Assembly: GCF_006345805.1 (NCBI RefSeq)
Contig: NC_042998.1
Span: 496,001-560,000, forward strand
Direction: 5' to 3'
DNA: 64,000 nucleotides
Origin: Octopus sinensis
Taxonomy: Eukaryota
The notes beneath the pieces are model-generated. The model was not told the DNA's origin. It did not search any database and saw nothing but the letters and a program-made list of their open reading frames with translations. Position numbers and translations under genes: made by a program. Positions 12,147-23,392 of this stretch are shown one piece after another. Each line of letters opens with the position of its first letter. Position 1 is the stretch's first letter.

Positions 12147-12396
12147 TAAATATAATACACACACACACACACAGACACATACACATATATGCAGACATTC
12201 ATATTCAATGTACCACCATTCAATGCTGATAAGCTGCAAGTAAATTGTGTCTATGACCCAGTTTTCATAGCAGTGTGGCAACTTAACATTTCATTTGAAT
12301 TTTCCTACCTTTAACTTTAACTAAAGCCATTCTCTTTGAGACTTTCCTTTATGACTTACTAAGAAAAGGAAGTTCAATACTTGTGCCTTCTTGCAG

Positions 12397-12458
12397 GACC
12401 TGCATGACATGGAGAGTGGGGAAAGAAAAGAAGATATAATGAGTCATGTATTACTGCA
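12397..12458 (+). CDS. Weak candidate exon of the host gene (DLHDMESGERKEDIMSHVLL)
   Basis: Acceptor CCTTCTTGCAG, open phase 0->2, weak donor GTAGGA. Phase-compatible with 16156, but this could be chance. Confidence 0.25.
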
Positions 12459-12773
12459 GTAGGAAGCAGTTTGCAACAGAATGGACTCTGCTCAAGGCAC
12501 CAATTGTGAAACTTGTTTATTTTTTAAATCCAGTACTTCTGGTCTCTGGGAAATATTTTATTATGCATTTATTGCACAGTGGCAAACGATTCTAAACAGG
12601 TAGTGGTGGTGGTGGTATTGGAGGTGATAGTAGTGTTAAAACATGCATGAAATTGAGTCTAGTAAACATGAACTAGTACAAACAATCTAACAAGTTTCAG
12701 TACAGTTTTTATTTTACTAAGTTCACTCCACAAAGTTTGGAAGTTAGGGGATGACTCAAGGAAACACATGTGT

Positions 12774-12811
<38 letters not shown>

Positions 12812-12812
<1 letters not shown>

Positions 12813-13217
12813 GTGGCTGAGTGGTTCAGAAGTATGTTTACCAATCACATGTTTTTAAGGTTCTATCCTACTGTGTGGTACCTTGGGCAAGTGTTTTCTT
12901 TTATAGTCTTGGGAGCCAACCAAAACCTTCAAAGTGGATACAGTAGACAGAAATTGACAGAAACTCATTGCATGTGTGTGTGTGTTTCCTTGTTTTGACA
13001 TGGTGTGATAGTTGTAAACAGACATTGACATCACACAAGTGGTGTCATTCATTTCCAATATTCTGCAAAAGAATCTCTTGCTAAGGGAAAATATTACCTA
13101 GCTTAGAAACAGGTAAGGATTGGCAACAGGAAAGGCATCCTGTCATAGAAAATCTGCCTCAATGAATTCCATCTGACCGATGCAAGCATAGTAAAGTGGG
13201 CATTAAAATAAAGATGT
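12812..13217 (+). mobile_element. SINE family 3 (CORE-like head plus RTE-derived tail)
   Basis: Head as family 2; 3' end CAGGAAAGGCATCC...ATGCAAGCAT...GGCATTAAAA resembles the RTE tail. Confidence 0.75.
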
Positions 13218-13291
13218 TTGTGTACAGTTATATATAAATATATACATATATGCATGTATGTATGTGTGCATGTATGTGTGTGTGTGTATAT

Positions 13292-13333
<42 letters not shown>

Positions 13334-13958
13334 TATATACAAAGTATGGGGGTTTAGTTCACAGGTGATCTAAACAATTAGATACGCTATGTAAGTGCTG
13401 TAACGGATTACTAGGGCTGCAAGGCTATAGCCGAGATGATAGTTATGGAACCATTGCAGATTTCAGTTAAAGAGGACAACAAACATTAAAGCAAGGCAAA
13501 CATCTCAAGTCATACAATATTATTATTGGAAAAAATTCGAAAGATTATTCGAAATATATATACACAAATTAACGTCTACCTTTTTAATATAAGAAGGGAA
13601 TAGTTTATTCTTCATAATTCTATGAATGAAGATAAAAATATAAGAAGTTTCCTCAGAATGAATGCTTCTGTATTACAGTTTAACTAAAAATATATTTGTA
13701 AGGTCAGCTTGACAATGTATAACAAAAGTAAAAATGAGAGAAAATAAAAGAAGCAAACATATATTACTTCAATCTTTTGTATAGAAAAAAGTTTTAGTGC
13801 ATACATTTTTAGGTGAGTGCATTTGTGTGGGTGTGTGTGTGAGAGTGCGTGTGTGTCTATGTATATGTGTATATATACACATATCTCCTTGATGGGTTTA
13901 GTTGAACAAATTGACCCCATCTGTAAATCTCACAACAAGAGATATTCAGCAGCAGTAC

Positions 13959-14238
13959 TTTGGAGTAAAGATTATTTGCTAACATAACATGGCAGTCCTG
14001 GTTTAGGACTCTGCTGATGAAGAGAATTAACCCAGAAAAGAGAAATAACCCAGAAATCGTGATACACGGATATTGTTTTGAGCTGAGTGGCGGTGCTAGA
14101 TTCCTTTGCTTGAAAACATAAGGACACAGATCGTGTCTATAACCAGCTGGAGATGATGTCTCCTGGGGCTAAATTACAGCAACATTCGTCCTAAACCAGG
14201 ATTTCCATGTTATGTTGGCAAATAATCTTTACTCCAAA
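13959..14238. mobile_element. 280-bp element with 51-bp inverted repeats, inserted in a SINE
   Basis: TTTGGAGTAAAGATTATTTGC...CCTGGTTTAGGAC (13959-14009) against its reverse complement at 14188-14238. AAATTGACCC is duplicated at 13908 and 14236. Confidence 0.8.
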
Positions 14239-14552
14239 TTGACCCTAGTACATATTTTTCTTTGTTTAAGTCTTATACATATTCCATTGGCCTTGTTTAT
14301 CTGAACTGCTATGCTACGGGGATGTAAACAAACCAACACGGGTTGTCAAGTGGTAGGGAGATAAACACAAACACACACAAAGGGCTCCCACACTCGTACA
14401 GCATTGGTCAGCCAGTGGCTATAGTGGACAACTGAACTCAAAGCCACATATTTGCAAAGGGAGTTTCTTGATCCCACAGACATACCTGTGTCTATGTGTG
14501 TGTATGTGCATGTGTGTGTGTGTGCATGTGCACAGAAAATTGCAAACATCTT

Positions 14553-14850
14553 GAGCATGAGCGTTACCAGCATTGCCTTACTGGCACCTGTGCCGGTGGC
14601 ATGTGTAAAAGATTCGAGTAAGGTCATTGCCAGTACTGCCTGACTGGCCCTCGTGCTGGTGGCACGTACAAGCACCCACTACACTCTCGGAGTGGTTGGC
14701 ATTAGGAAGGGCATCCAGTTGTAGAAACTCTGCCAGATCAAGATTGAAGCCTGGTGCAGCCATCTGGTTCATCAGCCCTCAGTCAAATCATCCAACCCAT
14801 GCTAGCATAGAAAGCGGACGTTAAACGATGATGATGATGATGATGATGAT
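14553..14850 (+). mobile_element. RTE 3'UTR fragment
   Basis: GTGCCGGTGGCA modules, conserved tail and (GAT)n. Confidence 0.85.
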
Positions 14851-15029
14851 ACTGTACTAGGTTACTTATCAAAGTACAAAAGCAACATTCATTGAGCAAA
14901 CATTCTGTAGTTAGAATTCCATTCTTGTTATTTCGTGAGAGGGTCACCACTTCTCATATTTTACCTCTTTTTTTTTTATTTTAGTTTTGGCAGAAACCCA
15001 GACAGATTGAGTATGTTCATTCTCAACAT

Positions 15030-15560
15030 TTTACAATCACTCAAAAAACATATGTGAATAGTAGAACTAGTAGCTTTTATTATTTTTTGGACATTGTTAA
15101 ATCTCAGAATAGTTTGTGGGATGAACACAGCGTTAGTGTGAAAACTAAAATAAGTGTCTACAAATGTTGTAGTTTGAGCACACTTTTGTATGGGTCAGAA
15201 GCATGGACACCCTACTACAGACAAATAAAGAAACATGAAACCTTTCACATGTGCTGTCTGTGCAATATCAAATGTTAAAATCTTAGGAAAATGTGATATC
15301 TCCAGTATCAGAAGCATGTTAGAATAAAAGATGACCACATTCTGAAAATTCCTTTATATAGCCAACAAGTAGAAGGATGCTGCAGTAAAGGAAGACCCGT
15401 CCTTAAGTATAAGGATAAGTTGAAGCAATCACAAAAGTGTCTACAGTTTAATTTGACATCTTAGGAAAGTCATTGCCTGGATTGATCTGCTGGTGTAAAA
15501 TGTTTCATGATGTATCAAAACAATTTGAGTTGAAGAAACAGAACAATAAAAGAATTTATA
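15030..15560 (+). pseudogene. Decayed RTE (BovB-like) ORF2 fragment
   Basis: LWDEHSVSVKTKISVYKCCSLSTLLYGSEAWTPYYRQIKKHETFHMCCL matches the RTE post-RT motif TKxxVYxxxVLSTLLYGSExW; stops and frameshifts follow. Confidence 0.75.
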
Positions 15561-16155
15561 TCTTGCAATCAATTGACACATTTGCTCAATCCCAGGCAAA
15601 ATCAAAATCCTCAATATCTCCATTGTAACTTCATAGCAAAATCCACACCTGGACTCAAATTACATTCACACATTCATCATAAAATAGGTGCAGCCTTTTC
15701 TATTTTTAAAGTTGTTTTTTTCTTTTTCTTTCTCTCGTATCTTTTTTAAAATCCTCTCCATTAAACACTTATACATCGAAACCGATAAGAGTGACCATCA
15801 TACTTCTACCAGAATTGTTAACACATCAGACAAAATGCTCAGCAGCCTTTCATCTGTCTTTGTGTTCAGAGTTTAAATCCTACTGCAGTTTACTTTGCCT
15901 TTCATCTTTTTGGAGTCAATAAAATAAGAACAAGTTGAACAGAGGAGTTGATGTAATCGACTTAGCCCACCTTTAGAATAATTCTGGCCTTGTACCAACA
16001 TTTGGAACCAATATTATTATTATTATTATTTTCATATCTGAAATCTGCTTTCAGCAAATTCCCAGTAAGGACTAAAAGGAAGTGAGGAAGAGGGAAAAAA
16101 ACAAAAACAAATACAAATACAACAAGAAAACCTCACTAAACAATACCTATTTTAG

Positions 16156-16175
16156 TACAGACAATGGCTATGGAA
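16156..16175 (+). CDS. Weak candidate 20-nt exon (TDNGYG)
   Basis: CCTATTTTAG acceptor and GTAGGT donor; phase 2->1 fits the exon at 18245. Could be chance. Confidence 0.2.
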
Positions 16176-16809
16176 GTAGGTTAACTGAAAAGGAAGCATT
16201 ATGTTGGGCAGAAAGCATTGAAACACTCAATAAAGACTCACAAATCTGCTGTCTAAAGTCCATTAATGGAGACCAGATGGAAGATGTGCAAATTTTTCAC
16301 ATTATAGATGCAAACATGGCTGTGTGATAAGACACTTGTTTCCAAATCACAGGGTTCTAGGCTCAGTCTCACGGCAGGGCACCTTAGGCAAGTGCCTCCT
16401 ATCGGCATAAGGCATGATATTTTCTTTGTCGTGGGGCTTATCAACTACATTGAACACCCCCCCCCTGCTTAATAAGTACTTATTTCATCAACACTGAAAG
16501 GGTAAAAGTAAAATTGACCTCAGCAGCAGCATTTGAGCTCAGAACACAAGTTGGTCACAAGCGATCTTGCCAGGTTACCTTGAACAACAAGAAAAATAGT
16601 AGGTGTAGTGGTAGTAGTAGTCGTTTTTATATTAATTTTCCCTTTCTGTTTTTATACTCGCATGGACTGGGTGAGATTTCTTGCAACAATATCCTATGGC
16701 TGCATGTCCTCCTGATACCAAGCCTTGTCTCTCAAATAAGGTCCTATATCCCACATCATTGAACACTGAACTACTGCTGGACTTGAAATGGTGTCAATGG
16801 GAAGACACA

Positions 16810-16990
16810 CAGAGATACATACATGTGCATGCACACACACACACACATACACACACACACACACACACATGCACACACACACACATGCACACACACACAC
16901 ATACACACACACACACACACACATGCACACACACACACACACACACACACACACCACACACACACACACACGCATGCATGCATGTGCACA
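16810..16990. repeat. (CA)n microsatellite
   Basis: Direct reading; it explains the HT/CV-repeat ORFs. Confidence 0.95.
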
Positions 16991-17227
16991 TATTGTCTGG
17001 CGGTTGATTTGTTTGTGTTTCAAAGACTAGGGGAAAATATTACCTTCCCTTGAAAAACAAGAGAGGGTTGATCACAAAAGGAGCATCTTCTTGCAGAAAA
17101 TCTGTCTCAACAAATTTCATTTGATCCATGCAAGCATGGAAAAGTGAATGTTAAATCAATGATTTTACATGTGCGTATACACACACACTCACACTATACT
17201 GTTTACTGAATCACATTTTACACTCAC

Positions 17228-17614
17228 GCCCCGTGCTAGTAGGGTATTAAGAGCACCATCAGGGCGTGATCATTGCCAGAGTGGCTATCTGGCCTCTGTG
17301 CTGGTGGCATATAAAAGACACCATTCGAGTGTGATCGTTACCAGTATCACCTTACTGGCACCTGTGCCGGTGACATGTGTAAAAGATTCGAGTGTGGTCA
17401 TTGCCAGTACCACCTGACTGGCCCCATGCCGGTGTCACGTAAAAGCACCCACTACACTCTTGGAGTGGTTGGCATTAGGAAGGGCATCCAGCTGTAGAAA
17501 CTCTGCCAGATCAAGATTGAAGCCTGGTGCAGCCATCTGGTTCACCAGCCCTCAGTTATTCGTCCAACCCATGCTAGCATGGAAAGCGGACGTTAAACGA
17601 TGATGATGATGATG
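17228..17614 (+). mobile_element. RTE 3'UTR fragment with four ~60-bp modules
   Basis: Repeated GTGCYGGTGRCA modules, conserved tail and (GAT)n. Confidence 0.85.
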
Positions 17615-18244
17615 AATAGAAGGTGCAAGCACTGCACTGCTGTGCAGTTAAGAAGTTTGCTTTGGGTTCCATCCCATTACATGCATCTGATGCAAAGTCT
17701 TCTATTAGAGCCTTACGCTGATCTATACCTAGTGACTTAAATTTAATAGGTGGAAACTAAGTAAACCCTTTGTGTGTGTTTATATATATGGGAGTGAATG
17801 TAGTATTGACGAAAGAGCAATAACTCTCAAAATGTGTATATACAACTATTATCTATTTTCCTATTTTTGACTGATTTGTTTACATAGACATTTTTGCACA
17901 TGAAACATTATAACTTATAGTGCTGGCACTGAATTCTATAGAAAATCTATGACTTAAAAATCCACACACAGACACATGACGGGCTTCTTCAGTTCCCATC
18001 TACCAAATCCACACATCAGAAAGACTTTGATTGGCTTGGTGCTATTATGGTAGAAGGCACTTGTCCAAGGCACCATGCAATAAAGTGAACCTGAGATCAC
18101 ATGGCAAAGAAGCTGACTTCTTAACAAAAGAGCCAGTCTAAGTTCTTTCTAAAATGTCAAAAAAAAAAAAAAAAAGAGAGCAAAGTTAAAATTAGGGAGT
18201 GCCATAGGAGAATTTAAAGAAACCAAATAAGCACATTTTTTCAG

Positions 18245-18375
18245 TGGTTGGAGTTGATAATATAAGATTTTTGGGGCAGGATTTTATCATGTATAATATA
18301 ACTGGTAGGAGTTCGGAAATTAACATCACCCCCAAATTTTTTTCTGCCCTTTCATTCCAGAGGTTTTCACAGGCT
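18245..18375 (+). CDS. Host gene exon A (xVGVDNIRFLGQDFIMYNITGRSSEINITPKFFSALSFQRFSQA), unknown protein
   Basis: Acceptor CACATTTTTTCAG, strong donor GTGAGT, open frame, phase 1->0 matching exon B. Non-repetitive sequence. Confidence 0.6.
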
Positions 18376-20069
18376 GTGAGTATAACCCTTCCTCTTTGGA
18401 CTAACAAGGAAAAGAAAAAACAAAAGGTTTATTTAGAATAGTTGTGAAGTGGGAAAATGTAGGCAATCAATCATAAGTAGATCTGATTACAATAGTGAAT
18501 ATCTATGTAACAGAAGACATTTCCGAAAGATTCCACCCTGGGACTGAACCAAGTCACATGGTTACAAAGCAAGCTTCACAACCACACAGATATACCTGCT
18601 TTGACACATGATGCTAATTACATAAAAATGGTGATTTTTAGTAATAGAACTTTAATTAACAGAAGTCATAGTTTTGTGAAGTTTCACAGATATAAGATTT
18701 AGAAGGAAATGAGAGGAATATGTTTTTTTAAGAAAAGCAGAATGGCAGAATTCACAGTATACCATATGAGAGGAAGATAAGTTATTTATGAGGTGTTGTT
18801 AGGCAAGAGACAATATACATAATTTATTCTTACATAACAAACATGCTTGTAATATCTGCATGTGGCAATGAATATAAAATGTTTAATTTATGTAGTAGTA
18901 GTAGTAGTAGCAGCAGTAGTAGTAGTAGAGATGAATGCAGATATGCTAGGCAAACACCTACACCTCTTCTTAGACATCTACATACATACATACATACACA
19001 AACAAATACTATGCAACTGAATTTACACAAATACACACACTAATATATAAATGTACATATACATAAACACCAGATGTATATATGCATTCACAAAAAACCT
19101 ACAAACAAAAAATACATAGTTACCAACAGGCAGACACTCGCCCCACTACCACACACACACACACACACACACAAACACAGATCAACTATTTCACGACTGA
19201 TAACTCCAGACAAAGAACTAAACATTATGTATGGAATATTTCCAAGAATAAATTCTTCATTTCACTCTTTCTTTCTTCCTTTCTTTCTTTCATCTTCAGG
19301 ATTCTTAACTACAAGTGGTTTCTTCAGCACTTTTGAAAACCATTGTTGGTTAATTTCTTTGAGAAACTAACGTCTACGAAGCTAAACTTCCATCAAATTC
19401 TTACATCTCAAACAGGTTATATCACAGAAAGTATGATATATAAATATTTTATTGTTGAGCAATGAAAGTAATTGAAGAATTGAAGAAGCACAGTGCTGAC
19501 TTCTGCTCTTTCCGGTAGTAATGTTAGTGCACAGAAGTTTATGCTTTATGGCATCTAGCTTAGTGGCTCATATTTCCAAGTAATTCCAAAGAGTTTTTCT
19601 TTGGTTGAACTATGACATGGATTTTGCTAATAAAAGACTTTGGAAACTTTGAATGATTCAAACTCTGGTTATATAGATATAAAATATTCAGTGTATAATT
19701 GAAGCTACCCAGCTGATAATTATATTTTATCGAAGCACATGAAACTGTATGAAACTGCTTGCGTAGGAATAATGTTCTCTTTCAGACATAGACAAAAGCA
19801 ACATGTGATATATAAAAACACATGCAGCATGAATGATATTAAGAATTTCATTTCACAGTCCAGTAGTTTCGGGTTTGATCCTGCTCTGTAGCATCTTGGG
19901 TCACAGAGTGGGACCAGAGTTACACAGAATATAAACCGTTTTTTGCTTGTGGAAAACTTGTAAGATTCATGGACATAGAATGGCCACATAAAAGTGCTCG
20001 TGTGGAACCATGTAAAAATGCCCATGCAGTACCATGTAAAAGCACCCATGTGGTACCATGTAAAAACAC

Positions 20070-20367
20070 GTGGAAGCACATGGCCCAGTGGTTAGAACAG
20101 CGGACTCATAGTTGAGGGATCGCAGTTTCAAATCTCAGACCGGGCGATGTGTGTGTTTATGAGCGAAACACCTAAGCTCCACGCGGCTCCGGCAGAAGGT
20201 AATGGCGAACATCTGCTGACTCTTTCACCACAACTTTCTCTCACTCTTTCCCCCTGCACATTGCAGTTCACCTGCAACGGACCAGTGTCCCGTTCAGGTG
20301 GGGAACCTATATGCCATGGAAACCGGGAAACTGGCCCTTATGAGCCAGGCATGGCTCGAGAAGGAAC
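20070..20367 (+). mobile_element. SINE family 4 inserted into an old RTE-type tail (tail continues 20368-20541)
   Basis: A and B boxes; flanked by TGTAAAA(A)CAC-like module sequence on both sides. Confidence 0.85.
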
Positions 20368-20719
20368 GTGTAAAAGCACCCAGGACATTTTGTGAAGTGG
20401 TTGACATTAGGAAGAGCATCTAGCTGTAGAAACCATGCCAAATCAGACTGGTGCAGCTCCTCAGATTGCCAGCTCTGGTCAAACCATTCAACCCATGCCA
20501 GTATGGACAACAGACATTAAATGATGATGATGATGGTGATGTCTACTGGCACAATGCATCAGGTTTGATCCTGAAGGCCTACACATAAAAGTTGTCTCAT
20601 TTTAAGTATCCCCTAACATCTATGAAATGAACAACATATGAGCCATTAATGGAGTAACTTCTTGAGCACTTCACTCACTTTTCTATCTGTTGTCATGTCA
20701 TGTATTGTTTCCATTTATA

Positions 20720-20967
20720 TTGAGTTGGTGCATAATTATTGCGGCTATTTTCAACAAATTTTATTCAACAAAAGCAATAACAATATTTAACAAAAACATC
20801 TTTAAATGATGGTCTAACCGTCTGCCAAGCAAATGGGAAGCAGTAAATGAAGTAGATGGTGAATATGCTCCGGAATAATCATTTAAAGATGTTTTTGCTA
20901 CATGTTATTGTTTTTGTTGAATAAAATGTTTTTGAAAAAAAGCCATAATAATTATGTACCATCCTAA
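20720..20967 (+). mobile_element. Tc1/mariner-derived MITE
   Basis: TA on both sides and ~90-bp TIRs (TTGAGTTGGTGCATAATTATT / AATAATTATGTACCATCCTAA). The centre encodes RLPSKWEAVNEVDGEYAPE*, like a mariner transposase C-terminus. Confidence 0.85.
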
Positions 20968-21804
20968 TAGATGTTGCAAGCTTTAACATTTTGGTAATAT
21001 GATCAAGTTTTTCTCCCAATTGAGCTTTCATAAAACATCAAGTTTAAAATCCAGTGTAATCCTTTTACAGCTCCTTCATTTCCATTTCATGGCACCATTC
21101 CAGGCATTTTGAACTGTAGGTAAATCCAACAAAGCAACAATAAACTATTATGTATTGTCAAACCATCCAACCGATTCCAACATGGAAAATGGATGTTAAA
21201 TGATGTTGATGATGATGAGTACCATGGGTTGTAGAGAATTTGTTGAGGCAGATTTTCTATAACTGGGGGCATTTCCTGTCACCTACATAATATATATACT
21301 AGTGGGATCTGAGGAAATTCCACATAATGAAAAGGATTCAGAGAAGCTGTTTAAGAAAGAAAGGATGATTTTTATTTGTATTTTGCTCAGTTATTTCACT
21401 TCCAGTCATAGTAATATACAAGCAAAATGCCCCCCTTCCATTGGACGGTGCTGAGTTGTCAAACATTTAAACCAAATTTTCTCAAAACAACTTGTCTGAC
21501 TGTCCCATAGGCCTCCCCTTTGAGAAACACTGATTTAACCTAAATTTGAGACACCAGCAAAAGAAGAAATAAAGATAGACTTTTTTTCTATTCCAAAGAA
21601 AAACGATTTTATTCACACAAATATGCAACCGAAGAGTTTAAAGTACCAGTAATGATAAGGCTGTTCACTGGGAGAACACAAACATGGTTTAAACAGTAAG
21701 CTTGGCAGGAAAGAAACGTGCCTTTAAGCAGTACAAAAACAACAAAAAATGGAAGGTGCAGTTATGTACAGGTTGACGGAAGAAAAGCAGGACAAAAACA
21801 GCTT

Positions 21805-21973
21805 TATCGATCGCATTCTCACCTAGAATCAATTTTTGTAATTTTTTCAAGACTTATACACGCCCTAATACCGTTGGTATCTACATATCAAATTTGAGCG
21901 TAATTGGATGGAGGATGCCCGAGATTCGAGAAGACACACAAACAGACAGACAGAACGGATTTTATAGAAGAGA
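21805..21973 (-). mobile_element. Helitron-like 5' end fragment
   Basis: The - strand starts A^TCTCTTCTATAAAATCC, followed by (CTGT)n. Confidence 0.5.
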
Positions 21974-23145
21974 TTACATGATTTTAGAATTTCCCTCTGC
22001 TAAGCACTTTATATTTCTCTTCTTCACAAACGTTTCAACCATATTTCCAAACTTTTTAGCATCAAACTTTTTAACTCTGTAATCTCCCTCTTCATGCCTT
22101 TAACATTTCTCTCTTTCTCTTCACCTTTCTCTCTCCACCCTACAGCACATCATTAACACTTCTCTCTCCCACTTTTCTCTCACTGCCTTTTTCTATTGCT
22201 CTTCGCCTGTCTCTTCAACTAACTACGTGATGCATTTGGCCTGAGTCTATTATTATATTCCTCTCTTCTTTCTTCTCTGCTCACATTTCTCTCCCCCTCA
22301 ATCTCTCTATTTTACTCCACCTCTCACTCACTCCACCTCTCTAATTAACTAAAGTATAATGGGTGAACGAACAAGCAGATTATTAGATATACACTTAATA
22401 AATATTATATTAACATAGAAGAGAAAGTAAAGGACAAAACAAGTGTGTGTGTGTGAGTGTGTGTGTGATTGTAAGCATTGAAGGCAGAAAACAAGAGAAG
22501 GTGTGAATGCTTATGTATGTGTGCATAAGAGACGAAAAAAAGAAAAGAGAAAAGAATAATAAAACAGTGAAAAGAAATACAGACACAAGAGGAAGAAAGA
22601 GTGTGTGTGAGTGAGTGTGTTTATCTGATATCCTGTTGGTGTCTGTGCATGTGAAATAGAATTTCAACCATGTAAAAGTAGTTTTTATATAACTCCATTA
22701 TGTTACCATAACTATAACCTCTATGTGAAAGGAAAGGATTTGCTATTGGTTTCTTTAAGGAATACTCCAGCTAAGCGATTAACTTATTTACCTGTCGACT
22801 GTATTATCATGTAAGTAACTGAATATAAATATGAACAGTTGTATTTTTAACCCTTTTGTTACCAGATTTCTGTTCAAATACACTAACTTTGTTACAATCA
22901 ATTTTAACAATAATGAAGAATTTCATAAAATATTTTAGTCATTATTAACTATTTAGCAATTCAAACCTGTCTTATCTGGCCTGAATATTTCTACTTATTT
23001 TATGGTCAAACCAGCCAAATCCGGCTTAAATATTTGACCTGCTTTATGTTCAAACAAATCAGATGTGGCCTCTCACACCTACCCTACAAGGTCATTCAAA
23101 AAATAAACAATCACTGAAACTTCTAAGTTACATGACCATGCTTAA

Positions 23146-23364
23146 CCCTTTCATTACTGTATTTATTTTGAGATGGTCTGTGTTCTTTCAATTACTTTAA
23201 ATATAAAGAATTTAGTAAAATAACTTAGTTATCATTAAGCTAAAGGTTAGGAACATAAATTGTGACTAAGGTTTGGTGGAAGATTTTTAATTCAAAACTT
23301 ATGAAAACAAGACATTTGTACTCAGAGCCAGAGTCGGTTACAGCCAGAGTCGGTAACAAAAGGG
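23146..23364. mobile_element. Complete piggyBac-like MITE
   Basis: TTAA TSD at 23142-23145 and 23365-23368; termini CCCTTTCATTAC...GTAACAAAAGGG. Confidence 0.85.
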
Positions 23365-23392
23365 TTAATCACTGAGCATAATTAATTCAAAT

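Noticed and set aside
16082-16327. EKEALCWAESIETL, faintly like the start of an RGS domain
   Set aside because: The similarity does not continue and no suitable donor follows.
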